Source: Tricharina praecox (lineage: Eukaryota). Taken from it: a stretch of DNA of 64,000 bases. The notes under the pieces are model-generated. The model saw only the letters and a program-made list of their open reading frames with translations, ran no database searches and was not told the DNA's origin. Below, piece after piece: positions 13,228-27,118 of the stretch; within the stretch, counting starts at the first letter, position 1; each line of letters begins with the position of its first letter. Made by a program: the position numbers and the translations under genes. The stretch is from contig NW_026250407.1 in assembly GCF_024521635.1 (NCBI RefSeq), positions 868,001 to 932,000 on the forward strand, read 5' to 3'.

Positions 13228-13923
13228 TCATGTGTTTATTTGTGACTCCCTCATGATTACAGTAGGTGCATCCTCCATGTGCGTATCCCTAGCATCTGTA
13301 GGGCAATCCGACACTTGCTTTTCCTCCTCCACCGGGACCGGGTCTTTCCCCTCCAGCAAATCTTGTATAGTCCATATAGCTTGTCCTTTAAAGGTCCGGG
13401 CATCCATATTCGCGCCCTTCTTCGCTCCCGCTTTCTTGCCCGCTTTGGCATCCTTCTTCCCACCCTTTTCCTGTCCACTAGCAACAGCGACGGTTGTATC
13501 CTCCTTCCCCTCCATCACCGCCTCCTCCTTTTCCTTATGTAAAGACCCGCCCCTCTTAACCCTCAACTCCTCCATGCCTACTGGGAACCTCTTGACCATT
13601 CCACATTGGCACTCGACAACGAGTACATCCGCCCACTTTTTCCTGCCACCCTTACTCTGATTCTCGACGCGGTGGGTACACGTCACGTCTGGGACCAGAA
13701 GCGCATCGCAGCGCTTACAAATCGTACGTTTTGTTTTCGAATCGAGTCGCAGCACCGATTTCTTCGCGATCGACCGGGCGTGGCTCAGGTAGAAGCGACT
13801 CAGCGGGCTTGTCGGGTCGAGCGTGGACGCGGAGTAGAGGTGCGAGATGCGCGCGAAGAGTGGGGCGTTCGGCCCCGTGGTCATCGGGTTAGGTGCGGGT
13901 TTGGGTTTTGCGGTTTTCCCCAT
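13228..13923 (-). CDS. RPR2: RNase P subunit Rpr2/Rpp21 family, with a Lys/Glu-rich C-terminal extension
   Basis: RISHLYSAS, KRTICKRCDALLVP, and a second Cys pair (ECQCG..KRFP) forming a zinc ribbon. Confidence 0.88.
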   Translation of the reverse strand: MGKTAKPKPAPNPMTTGPNAPLFARISHLYSASTLDPTSPLSRFYLSHARSIAKKSVLRLDSKTKRTICKRCDALLVPDVTCTHRVENQSKGGRKKWADVLVVECQCGMVKRFPVGMEELRVKRGGSLHKEKEEAVMEGKEDTTVAVASGQEKGGKKDAKAGKKAGAKKGANMDARTFKGQAIWTIQDLLEGKDPVPVEEEKQVSDCPTDARDTHMEDAPTVIMRESQINT

Positions 13924-14160
13924 GGTTGGTGGTGAGCTAGTGGTGGTAAAGGCGGAGGACGTGTGGGTATGACGGAGAGGTTTCGTGACTGGACCTACAT
14001 GTGTAGAATAGCGTATGTGGCGCTACACGCGCTAACAACATGATTGACGGTCCGCTGCCCCACGGTCCTTGTCACGTGGTGTCCCGCTTTTCGGTAACGT
14101 TCTCAGTGTTGCACCTCGAGTCCGACATCCAACCGACCGACCACGATTGTCTAACCAGCC

Positions 14161-15091
14161 ATGCAGTCCCTACGGCAATCTTTCGCGGCACTGTCGGTAC
14201 GAGCGTCCGCCGCTCCGCTACGAAGCGGTGAGCCTTCCCTTCCGCCACAGTATCGACTCTACCATTTACTAAAATCTACAGGCCTGATCGCCGCCCAGCT
14301 CCCCCGAACGACATTCCAAGCCCGTAGCTTCGCCGTGTCGACACCTGCACAGTCATGGCTCCGTACATCCTCTTTCCCTCGCACTCCCCCACGGTACTCA
14401 CACCCCTACAGTCCCGAAATCCGGCGACCATGGCAGCACACGCAAAGGCCGACCGCGCGTGCAAACCGGCGGGTCAACGCGTGGCACAACGGTGGTCTGG
14501 GGGGACTACGGCATGCGAATGACCGACCACCACCGACGTCTCACTGCTCTGCAGCTGCGTAACGCCGAGGAGACCATCAAGAAGAAGCTGCGTGGAATGA
14601 AGTACCGAATCTACACGAGGATTGCGGCAAATATTCCCGTTTACACGAAGGGAAATGAGGTGCGTGCGCTGAGGGATGGGGAGCGGGAGGGGAAGGGACT
14701 GATGGAATGGGCAGACTCGTATGGGAACCGGTAAAGGTTCTATGGATTTCTGGGCTTCGCGTGTGCACGTCAGCCGAGTTATCATCGAGCTCAAGGGCGA
14801 TATCCACGAGCAGATCGTGAAGGATGCGTTCCGGATTGCCGCTGCGAAGCTGCCAGGTGTGTACACACTTCCCCCGACTCCTCTGTCCACTCACTCACTC
14901 ACGCGCGCCCCCCAGGAAATTACGAAATGGTCAAGAAGGGCGACGTTCCCATGATGGGCACAATCAAGCTCACACCCGAAAACGTGCAGAAGCTCATAGC
15001 ACGCAAGGGAGTACCAATCGGCCCGCTCCAGAAGTACATCAAAGAGCAGGCTGCCGCTGCCGCCGCCGCCGCCCCTGTTGCGGCTGCGTAA
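14161..15091 (+). CDS. MRPL16: Mitochondrial ribosomal protein uL16m (multi-exon)
   Basis: Arg/Ser-rich presequence, KGRPRVQTGGSTRGTTVVWGDYG, KGNE-TRMGTGKGSMDFWA, DAFRIAAAKLPG. Stop TAA at 15089-15091. Confidence 0.93.
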
Positions 15092-15148
15092 ATTGTACCA
15101 TAGAATGAAAAGATTAGATTTCTTGCCGTATCACTACTACTGCATTGA

Positions 15149-15669
15149 TCAAGCACCGATATCCCCGCGCATCTCAGTGGATTTCGTTCCATACCCCTGC
15201 GCCCTTCTTGATACCGTGGGAGTGTGTTCATTCTCTGTGTGGTAGGGAATTCGTGTTAGCAGTCCACGTCCGCAACTGTGATCCATGCCTGCAAGGGACT
15301 GGATGGAGTACTATTGAAGAATCTGTTCATACCCGGTGCGCCGACCTTGGTGTTTTCCGACTTCATGCTGCGGACCGTAGCGCTCTCGTCGTGCGGGCGG
15401 ACATCCTTCTCGATGTGTGGGCTCTTTGGGGGTTTATCGGCGTCTATATTGGTCAGCACCCTCCCACTCCCCCGGAACATGCGCGGAGCACTGACGGCTC
15501 ATGCTGCCGGCCGACTTCACAGCCGGATGGTAGTCGTCGGTCGCATCTGTGGCTCTCTCGTAGCTGGTGAACTGTTAGAGTAGGCAACTACTAGTGGTGC
15601 GACGGGTGCAGTGCGAACTCACGGAGTGGACTCGTCACCGGTGGCAATCATATTAGGATTCTCGGACAT
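15149..15669 (-). CDS. Small hydrophilic hypothetical protein (103 aa, 4 exons)
   Basis: Exons 15669-15623, 15563-15496, 15443-15333 and 15234-15149 splice in frame through three canonical introns with branch points. Protein runs MSENPNMIATGDESTP...RRAQGYGTKSTEMRGDIGA*. Confidence 0.75.
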
Positions 15670-16051
15670 CGTGAATGTTTAAGCTCGTTGGTTTGTTCGG
15701 AGAATGGGTGAAGTGGAAGAAATCACGGTGGGCTGGGTGTTAGGTGTTTATAGAGAGATGAGGACTACAGTGACGTAATTGATCACCGCTGCAGGCCGGT
15801 TGGTGGCAGGAGCGGGTGGGAATATGCAAGACGCCGGATCCAAATTGCACGAAAGATATCGAGTTTCTTCAAGATTGAACTGCAAATGGGGATGGGATGC
15901 TCATCAGGATGCTCATCAGAATTCTCACGTCTCAATGGCTTACATATCGCACCAAACCCAATCATCAAAGAATGTACCCCCATTTCCGTCAATTGACCAC
16001 CACCCAACGAACGCCGTTTTTTTTGAATTCCCACTATCCCAACGCACAGGT

Positions 16052-16729
16052 CTACCTCCGTAACCTCTCCTCGAGCACCAACTTGGTTCCCTCCACAATA
16101 GCCTCATGCTCAATGGCATGCATCCTCGCCTCCAGCTCCTCCACCGACTCGCCCTCTCTCATATCGACCTTGCGCACAATGATGGGCTCGCCCCTATCTA
16201 CCGCGCCAATGACATGATGTATCATGATACCGGTCTCCGTGATCTCGCTCTGCTGGAACGCGCTCCACGCGCGCTGGATAGCATCCTTCCCATCGAAGCA
16301 GCCGGGCAGGGCGGGGTGAAGATTGATGATGTCCACGCCCTTCTCCTTCAGCGGGCGCAGCGCCGCCTCGGAGAGAATATGCATCCAGCCGGCGCAGACG
16401 ACGAGGTCGGGCTGCTGCGCGAGGATCAACGCCGCGAGCTCGGCGTCGTAGGCCGCGCGCGCCTCCTCGTCCGTGGGGTACCGCGACTTGTACGAGAGCA
16501 GGTTGTGGTAAGACGTGGGGATGCCGGCGTTGGCCGCCCGCGTCAGCCCAAAGGCCGATTTGCGGTTCGAAAGGACGTGGATTATCTGCCCGGGGAGCGA
16601 GGCGTCGAGGAGCGCTTGCAGGTTCGTGCCGCTGCCCGAGATGAGGACCAGGATTCGCTGGATGTCTTTGGGAGTGGGTTCGATGGAGAGGGCTTGCGAC
16701 AGGAGTCGCGCGATCACGTAGGAGGCCAT
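16052..16729 (-). CDS. ADE8: Phosphoribosylglycinamide formyltransferase (GAR transformylase)
   Basis: VLISGSGTNLQAL, DLVVCAGWMHIL, INLHPALPG, VDRGEPI. Confidence 0.96.
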   Translation of the reverse strand: MASYVIARLLSQALSIEPTPKDIQRILVLISGSGTNLQALLDASLPGQIIHVLSNRKSAFGLTRAANAGIPTSYHNLLSYKSRYPTDEEARAAYDAELAALILAQQPDLVVCAGWMHILSEAALRPLKEKGVDIINLHPALPGCFDGKDAIQRAWSAFQQSEITETGIMIHHVIGAVDRGEPIIVRKVDMREGESVEELEARMHAIEHEAIVEGTKLVLEERLRR

Positions 16730-17125
16730 GGTGATTGTGTGGTGGGGTGGCGGGCGGTAGAGGCGTGTGAATGTTTATGGTGGGGCACCTGGCGAGGTGT
16801 GGGGGAAAAATTATAGTTGGGCCCGTGTCATGCATGACGACCGAGCCAGGGATCATGACTTACGCCGCGTTCCTGAATGCATGTATGTGTATAAAATATA
16901 TACTACCGACACAGACACTCAATTAGAGCATCCAACCCAGGCCCTTGAGTTTAGATCTTTCTTCCGAAGCGTCATCCTCTTTGTGTAGGTTAGAACTGCC
17001 CTCTCTTTGAGGCTTGTAACCGCCCATAAACCCGTGAAGTGGGTGCCACCAACCAACCTACCATCCATCCTTCACGGGACCGCCATAAAAAGACTTGCCA
17101 TCACCTTCAGTCCAAAAGGACAAAA

Positions 17126-17212
17126 TGATCACTACAGGGGTCGAACCTGTGACCTTGGCGTTGCACGGATGTTCTATTAGCACCACGCTCTAACCAACTG
17201 AGCTAAGCGACC
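17126..17212 (-). tRNA. tRNA-Ile, anticodon AAU, with a 13-nt intron (17162-17174)
   Basis: Minus strand reads GGTCGCT-TA-GCTCAGTTGGTTAGAGC-G-TGGTG-CT-AAT-A[GAACATCCGTGCA]A-CGCCA-AGGTC-ACAGG-TTCGACC-CCTGT-AGTGATC-A, followed by a TTTT Pol III terminator. Confidence 0.95.
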
Positions 17213-17546
17213 TTTGATTGGCTGCTGACTCGTCTTACTCATTTCGATAGTATGCTTCCACTCGAGGTCTTCTGTTCAAGCACTGTGCTGTGCGGACGTT
17301 TTCCTGGAATGGTCACTCGATGACGGACGAGATTCGGAGTGTTGGTACTGTGATGTGTGTCTATATTTTCAGCTCAAACTGGCTTGATCTCTGGGATCGC
17401 GGACATCTGTTGAGGAATTTTGTTGCTTATAAATACTAACGTCAGTAACTTGTATATTTATTTAACCAAGTAAGGAGAATGGAGCCAGCCGTGTGGAGAT
17501 AAACGTGAGAGTGGATGGGACGTTGCAGGCCATTGGTGAGTGAAGG

Positions 17547-17610
17547 TGAGAGTGAATGAAGCGTGAGAGTGAATGGAGCGTGAGACTGAATGGAGCGTGA
17601 GACTGAATGG
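17547..17610. repeat. 17-bp minisatellite (GTGAGASTGAATGRAGC) x~4
   Basis: Visible tandem copies. GACGTTGCAGGCC occurs on both sides (~17519 and ~17652). Confidence 0.8.
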
Positions 17611-18041
17611 GATTTCGCGGACCATAGGTAAGGGAAGGTGAGAATGAATGTGACGTTGCAGGCCCATTGTGTTCTATCACTCGTTCTTCCTTCCCTCCGG
17701 ATGACAACCTCACGTCGAGATATCCTGACATTACCACCCACCACCGCCACCGCCACCACCACCACCAGTTGCTCAAAAACTCTACAGATAAACCAATCGT
17801 GCAATCACAAAGTTACAAAGAATCGGAGGCTTGAGAAGAGAAACATACGAAGCAACTCCCAAACTCCAGCAGCCAGCAAGCAGCACACGAATCCAGCGCA
17901 AAACAAAAGTACACATATTAAGCTTCCTACGGTAGGTAGGTAGTCTTGTACTTCCACAGCACTTAGGAGAAAGGAAAAAAGGAAAAAGCCCTCATCTATC
18001 CCTACTTATGCTCAAATACCAAAAGAAGAGAGAAAGCCACC

Positions 18042-21000
18042 CTAGCCTTTGATTCCTTTCAACGCCCTCCTCATCCCCTCCAGCCGATCCTTCTCCATCA
18101 CCACCTGCTTCCTCGCCAACTCCCTTATCGCCCGTCGTGTCTGCTTTGTATGCATCTCATGGAACGCGGCGAGTTCCTGCGCGGCGATACTCTGCGTGTA
18201 CCGCAGCTCACTCGCGAGCTCCAGGCGATGGCGGTGCGCAAGCTGTGCCTTCTGCGAAGCCTCCTGATGATACTTCGCGCGGGTATCATCGAGGAGGCCT
18301 AACGGCCACCGGTCTGATCGACGGAGGGAGACAGTGTGCCGATCGATTTGCTTTTTCAGCATCGACATCTCGTCGATGATCTGGCGGGGTTTCTCAAGGG
18401 CGTTCGCGACGCCTGCGAGGGAGGCTTGGATGTTCCGGAGGTCTTCGATGAAGATATTGTAGGGGTTGGACTCGCTGGATGAGAGAACTTCGGTTAACTT
18501 GGTGAGTGCGGCGAGTTGGGGCGTGTCCTGGAGAAATTTGAAGCCGTTGAGATGGCGGATCGTGTTTCTGTATGCCTCGGGAAGGTCTACATAAATTGTG
18601 AATCACAGTACTCAAAGATGTGATGAAGAAGAGATTCCATACCTGCAAGGGTAGATCGTACTACGGTTGCCCTTCGCGTGACGCTCCGACAGGCATGATT
18701 GATGCTCCTGACGGAATCTTTTGCGTAGGCCACGAACATCTCGACCTCTCGCACGTCTTCGATCGGCGTGAACTCCTCACGCACACGTTCGGCCCTCGCT
18801 TCTGCCTTTTTCTTGCTGCGCACCACCAACGATTCCTGTCGCATCTCCGGTACCAAAAAGAACTCCCAGAGTAGCTCGTGCGTCGAGAACGTGGGATGTA
18901 TCAACAACGTTCGCAGAAAGTTGTCCACACGCAGTTGAATATCCCGCAAGACGGCACGTGAGGGCTTGGATGGGATTTGATATGGACTCCGTGATACCAG
19001 CAATGCGGGCAGCCACGATGCTGGGTGCTCATACTGTAGCCATCTTGCGAGAAACTGGAAGTCGGTGAGCGACCGACGGCATGTGGTAACAGTAAACGTT
19101 GACGACTCCTCGGCTGATGGTGCACCGCTTTTGAGGACAACCCGTATAGTGGCATCCTCCACGAAGAATGAACGGACGACGGCGGTCACCCTTCCATCAT
19201 CCGCAGGCAGATTTTGAAAGAGCACAAGATCTTACACAACATCAGCAAACAGAAACGCCAATTCACGGGGGTGTCAGGATTACCATCTATTCGATTCCTC
19301 ACGTCATCGTCCTTCGCCAACTCCACTGCAGTCAACCCTCGCAACTCTTTCGCCAACAGGTCTACTCTCGCATCCCCGAACAGAGTTCTAACCATCTCAA
19401 TCCTACCGTACTTACTCGCGACCATTAATGGAGTGAAGCCTTTGTCGTTGACGGCATTAACATCCGAGTCGCACCTTAGCAGCATCCTGACAACACCCGG
19501 ATCGCCCGCAATGTGAAGCAGTGAGTTCCCTTTCAGGTCGACATGCTCATCCAGATGTAGTTTGGCGTTATCCTGTTGCGCTAATTGCGCCTGCTTGATC
19601 GCCATCCCCACCATCTCCCTGTATCTCTGGTGATCGTATGATCGACAAAGGGCGAATAGTGGCGTTTGACCCTTCTTGTCTTTAAGTCTCCATGGCAACA
19701 ATGAGCCCAATCGGTTGATCAAATCTGGGGCGCTGAAAAGATAGTGCGCTGCAGTCCTGCCGAACACATCGGTAATCTCGAGGTACTCTTTCAACGTTTC
19801 GTCTGGCAACCTGAGCAGCTCGGCCAAAATGATTTCAACACACGGCATATCCTGGGTCTGAACGGCCGCTGACAGGAGTGTTGCTCCCTCACTATTGATG
19901 TCGTCCAGTATGAACTCGGCATCGAAAAACGGTGTGCTCAGGAGGTACTGCAGCAGGACTGGTTTCCTCTGCTGTATTGCCATCATGAGCAGCGATTCGC
20001 CTTGAGGATTTCGTGTTCTGGACAACTTGTCGGCAGAAAAAAGGTCCGTGCTTTGACTTAGAGAAGTGCCAGTCCTCGATATTATCATGGACGATATTGA
20101 GATGTCGCTCATGGTTGCAATACTAGACACGCTGCCTGCGCTCCTGCTTCGCGGCAATCTCAACTGCAGCGACGGTGGCCGCTTCTGTCCCCGCAGTTCG
20201 AATCGAGTGATCGCAATCCGCGGATTCGGCAACGGCTTCTGAGTGGGAGGTGTGCGGGGCTCGACAATGCTTATCGAATCGGCATCATCGTTTCCGTCAA
20301 CTTGCAACTCCTCAATTCGGACATTTGATACGCCAGTCGTAGGAGACGTCGGCTGATCAAAGACATCCTCGGAGGATGGTGGACCATCCTTAGCCAAAGC
20401 CGCCGCCGATTCTCCGTTAGAGACCGAGGTCTGCCTGCTGGCTTCCCCTTCTTCCTCCACTTCCTCATCCTCTTCCGGGGGATCTTTTCTGGGAATTTTT
20501 ACTGGAGCATCATCGGATAGACGGACAGTTCCATTCACGGAGCTGGCTGAATGCCGTCTTGGCATCGAGCCCGTATCAGGTCGTTTGGTAGGAGTGCCGT
20601 TCACACTTGCTTCCCCGTTTGACAGATCGTGGGACGTCAAAATTCCATTGATGGCAGGTGAGTGATCGTCCTGGGATGAAGAATCGCCGCTATCCAGTTC
20701 CAAGCGTTCGATTCCAGAGGCCAGACTTTCCTCGTCTTCGCTGCTGGGCCCATCTTCGATGGCTTCGTCCTCGACGCTCCTCTCCAGGATTTTCTTGACC
20801 GCCTTAAGGTTTCCGTTCTTAACGCTCCTCCACAGCTTCTCGTTTGCGCGACTCACAGCGCTCAGCGTGTGGTCTTGGGCGATGTGAAACAGAACCGCCT
20901 CAAGAGTGCTAAGGATGTATCCCACCTCACCCTGCTCGACATCCTCCGCGAACACGAAGTTGCGCATATAGCTCAGGCAGGCATGGAGGTTGGGTACTTT

Positions 21001-22534
21001 AGCCCGAATAACCACAATCAATAAAAGTGAAACGAGCATATCAGCGTTCATAGTGACCACCGTGGTATTAGATTTCTCGGCGGCCGAACCCAACTCTGCT
21101 ATTGGCACGTCGTTGTCGGGGGTATCCACCTTGGTCAAGGTTCTGGCCGTGTCGAGAAGGTGTTCCACCATCGCCTGTGGAGACCTGGCGCTCCCAATCT
21201 TTTCAAACGATGCTATTCCACGGGAAATGCGCTGCATGAGGCTTTTCTTTCCTATTTGCTCGAACGAAGGTATTCCGATCTGTGTGAGATCGACGTTCTC
21301 CATCTCCATGACCTTCTGATCGAGCTCGTCATCCTGGATAGCTTGCGTGGCGCATAGGCGGGGAAATAATGTGGTATCATGAAGCTGTTCCGCAACATAT
21401 CTCTCAATCAGACGATCAACCGCGGGGCCGGTGAGGTCGGTAGTAGAAGCTAGTAAATCCAGCTGCGACTGGTCCACCCGTTGAAACAAGTCAACAGCCG
21501 CCATTATTGCAGATTCCAAAGATCTTCTAATTTCGCTTTCATCCGCGGCCTGCTTGTAGATATCGCCATCGACTGCCGAGCGCACCGACGATCTCGACGA
21601 AATCCCGGAGGCGCCGGATCGCGTAGATGCTGGGGAAGGCGGCGGAAGCGGCAACGGCTTAAACCGCTGGAAAGAGATTTCAAAATCCTGAAACAGTTTT
21701 TCCAATCCGGGCTGCATCTGTCTCGCGATCATGGGAAAGAGTATCAGCAGCTCGTTGAAAGACCGGACTTCTTTCTTTTTGTTTGACGAGCTGTGCGAGG
21801 AGCCGGCAGTGCCCGGGGGTTGATCCGTCATTTTCGCCGTTCGTTCGCGCAGGTACGGCGGCACCGTCGGAACGTATTCGAGAGAACCGATCAGGGGTTT
21901 CGAGATCATGTAGATGAGCCATTGCTGCGGTTCATTGACATCCGGATAGTAAAGCGTATCGTGTAGCAGCTGAGCCTGATTCAAGCTCCGGAACCCTATC
22001 CTCACCTCCATCAGCACGGCCGGCCTCCCCCCCCCCTCGAGCTGCACACATGGGCATGGTGGGCGCGCGCGCACCTTTGTTGGAATAAACCCAGCTATCC
22101 TTGACGACGACAGTGCGGCCATTGAACGTGGTGAACTGCCTCGCCTTCCCGCGCGTCTCCCGCCCGGCAACACTCTGCGCGCCCGCCGTCACGTTCGGAA
22201 CCCGCAGCACGTGGCTTCCCAGGAACTCGTCATTCCCGATCAGCTCCGCGTACAGCAACCCGGTCTCGCGGTCGCGCGTGTTCGTCAAGATCTCGGTGGT
22301 GGGAACAAGCAGTATCTAAGGTCCACACACACGCTTGCGTCAGCGGTCAACTCCCCCGCTTACTCCCTAGCACTAGCGAACTCCCTCCCCCATTCTGCTC
22401 CCCCGGAGACGTTCGCATGGACCTGGACGGTGGCCAAGTGGACGGTGGAGGCTTACATAGTCTTCGACAGGCGTACATTGAGCGGGGAGGGCGGACCGGA
22501 AGAAAGCACGGAGATATGGATTGAGTAGAGGCAT
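18042..22534 (-). CDS. VPS9-domain (Rab5 GEF) / ankyrin-repeat / PX-domain protein (UPF0507/Vrl1-like, multi-exon)
   Basis: Start MPLLNPYLRAFF. VPS9 motifs NADMLVSLLLIVVIR and GEVGYILSTLEAV. Ankyrin repeats GQTPLF, GNSLLH, GFTPLMVAS. PX-like RRSLTDFQFLARWL. Coiled C-terminus. Confidence 0.9.
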
Positions 22535-23690
22535 TCATGGAGGTGCTGTCTCGGATACTCGTAGGTATCTTTAAGGAAAGTTGTCGCTGGTGTGCGCTGC
22601 AGAAGAAGGGATGCAGCTCCACCGACTTTTTTTTTGAGATGGGGTGGTGGGTGGTTCGGTTGCACAGGCTCAGACGTGAGCTGGATTGGAACAGGGCGTG
22701 TGAAGGAGAGAGGGAGAGTGGGTATGGCTCTTCTCTCTGGGAGTCTGGGATCGACGATGTGCTGGTTCAAAGAAGAGAGAGCTTCCTTCCCTTCATCTGA
22801 TGGCAAGGGTTGATGATGGCTTGGCGGTCGGCCCGAAACTCCCACGTCTCTCAAACGGTCATAGAGAGAGAAACAAACTTGGCCAGTGGTAATTATCACA
22901 TGTCTGAAACACCTACGATACATACGAGGGCAACTCTTTTTCTACACAGCGGCGCGGATTCCACGAGATTGCACATGCATCTGGATGGAACTTGAAGCTT
23001 CAACTGTGGGCTGCAGGCCGTAGGCTGTCTTGCTACAAGCAGAGTACCTAGTTGAGTAGAGTACCTAGTCGAGCGATAGTCCGTGACTGAGCTCTCCGAA
23101 TTATTCAGAGCATTCCTTCAGCGGTACTGACGTTCACTCGACACTTTCTCGGTGGCTGTATCGCAGTTTTTTTGTCGTTATCCACGGCTCCTTTCCGGAG
23201 CCCTTTCCGGCCAAGTGGAAGATGAGAGGCCACCGGCAAAACAAAAACAATCGTGATCTTGGCCGATATCTCATCACTGCAAGTTTGCGCTCAGGTGTGT
23301 TTACTGTGTCTAGCCATCAACATGTGCAATGCCAGTCATGGACCTCACTCGGCGTAGCGCATCTCACCGTCAAAATCACATGTGTCTCAACAAGAAGTGC
23401 ATGTACAATACGTAAACTCGCATGATGCAGGATTGATATGCTTGCTATTCGTTGAGACGCAAAAACTAGAGTATGGTGTCTGAAGAAAGAAGAAACAAAG
23501 AAACAGAAGAAGAAAAACACCGTGTAACTACATGGGTGAGTGTTGAATAACCCGATGCGCCATAACCCCCAGAACCAATGACAAATGAAACCCTTTTTAA
23601 CATGACAACACCAACCATTTTCTCCTTAAAAGATGCCGTTGAAGACAGTAACTTTCATACATGGTCTATGCTACGCACAAAAGACACCGC

Positions 23691-25425
<1,735 letters not shown>

Positions 25426-26403
25426 TTTGAGAGTGTGGTGATGAAAGACTGGAGAGCAAGCACAATTAGACACGACCAAAGTAAGCAAGCTGTGAAGGAT
25501 TGGGGGTTTGCAGCGTACCTTGAGGGATAGGTATTTGGGAGGAGAGATGAGGATGGAGGAAGGGAAGAGGAAGGGAGGATGGAGAACTCTTTTTCTTCGA
25601 AGGGCGGGGTCCGAAACGATTTTAACTTCAACCGCCCCAAGGCAGGGGTGCGTGATTTTGGTGGGGTTGATCGATCCCTGCCGTCTCTCGCCTAGGGCCG
25701 CTTCGATACGTCCCTTTTGGAGGCTGCCCTTACCTGCACCATGGCGATATGTAGATAAACCGTCATTATCTATTATTCTAGGAGATACCAGTTTCTGGTC
25801 AATGGCTGGAGTGCTTTGCTTCCGCTCCTCCCTCTCCAACGCGTGGTTTCGCGGTACAGCTTGACTCCGTGACTTCAACCCGAAAGGAATTCTCAAGCAT
25901 GTGGGGGTATCGACAAGCCGGCACTGCATGTGGCAGTCTTTTCCAACACTAAGAAGATGCAGGCCGAATGGAGAGCACCCAATCGGCCACGCCCACAAGC
26001 GCATCGACAACATAAGCAAGCATAGCGCCAGGCCAGCACCCCAAGGCATCCTGCCGGCGCCTCTCCTTCCAGAGGAGGTAAGCGCATTCTGCCCGTGCAT
26101 CAACGAGTGGTAAAGGCGGATGATTCTTCTCGTTTCCCCAAGTCGCAGCCTGCCGGTACCGCTCGCCGTATGGTGATCGTTTCCCCATAAAAGAAGTACT
26201 CTTGTGTGAAAGTTGTTGGTATATGCAAAATCACACTAGGTTATGGGTGCTAGGTATACAAATACATACGAAAAGTAAGTCCTGCGGATAAAAGGACCGA
26301 TGCCGAACCGGAAACAACGCCTCTAACTTCCCAAAAACACCAAAACGCTAAGTGAAAAAGTATGCGCGACATATCCAGTCGGTCTATGTATGTGTACAGT
26401 CCA

Positions 26404-27118
26404 TCAATCAACCCAATTGATGATACGATAGGATTTCGCGCCCTTTGCAACAGTGAGCCACAGCCTTTCTGCATGCCACTCAAGATACAGTCCACGGACT
26501 TCCTGCATAGCACGAGCATGGCCCTATATAGTTAATCTCATCAGCCACCGTCTTCCATATGTATCTGTTGATGGATCATCGAGAACCTACCGGACCCGCG
26601 CCGCCACGCTTAGCATCGTCCCGATGCCTCCAGACACATGTGGCCATATTCCTTCCATTTTGATCAGGCGTCCCAAACCAGTACTTCAGCAAGCCACCAC
26701 TCTGGGTTGCCTCGCGATGCGCCTCCGCATCCAGCTCGCCCAGGTGCAAGCCCGAAGTTGTCGGTGCAATTTGAGACCGGAAGACGATTATGTAGAATGA
26801 CGTCTCCGGGAATATGTAACTTTCTTCTCCCTCTCCATCTCCCTCTGAAGAGAGCGGAGTGAGCTGCGCAACTACCTCGCCCCAGTTGAAGGCTTCTGCG
26901 TACGGTGTTACCGCGTACGAGGGTGTGAGTGCGCGCAGGCTGACCAGGGCCTTGGCCATGAGCTGCTGCGGCTTGTCCACAGTGGTGAGGTCGAGGAGGT
27001 GCGCGGGAGCTGTGTAGGGTGATACTACCAGGAATCTTTGGGAGATATCGGGGGAAGCCTCGGTGGTTGGTTTGGTCGGGAAGACCGTATTGTGGATTTC
27101 GGGGAGAAGAATGGTCAT
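26404..27118 (-). CDS. UPF0643-family protein (2 exons)
   Basis: SPYT..AHLLDL, FYIIVFRSQI, LDAEAHREA..SGGLLKYWFG, RNMATCVWR. An intron after GGAGP joins GHARAMQEVRGLY...WVD*. Confidence 0.8.

Noticed and set aside
17547..17610. CRISPR-like array (also considered for 57652-57694 and 33169-33301)
   Set aside because: Repeats are contiguous with no unique spacers, and the DNA is eukaryotic with no cas genes.
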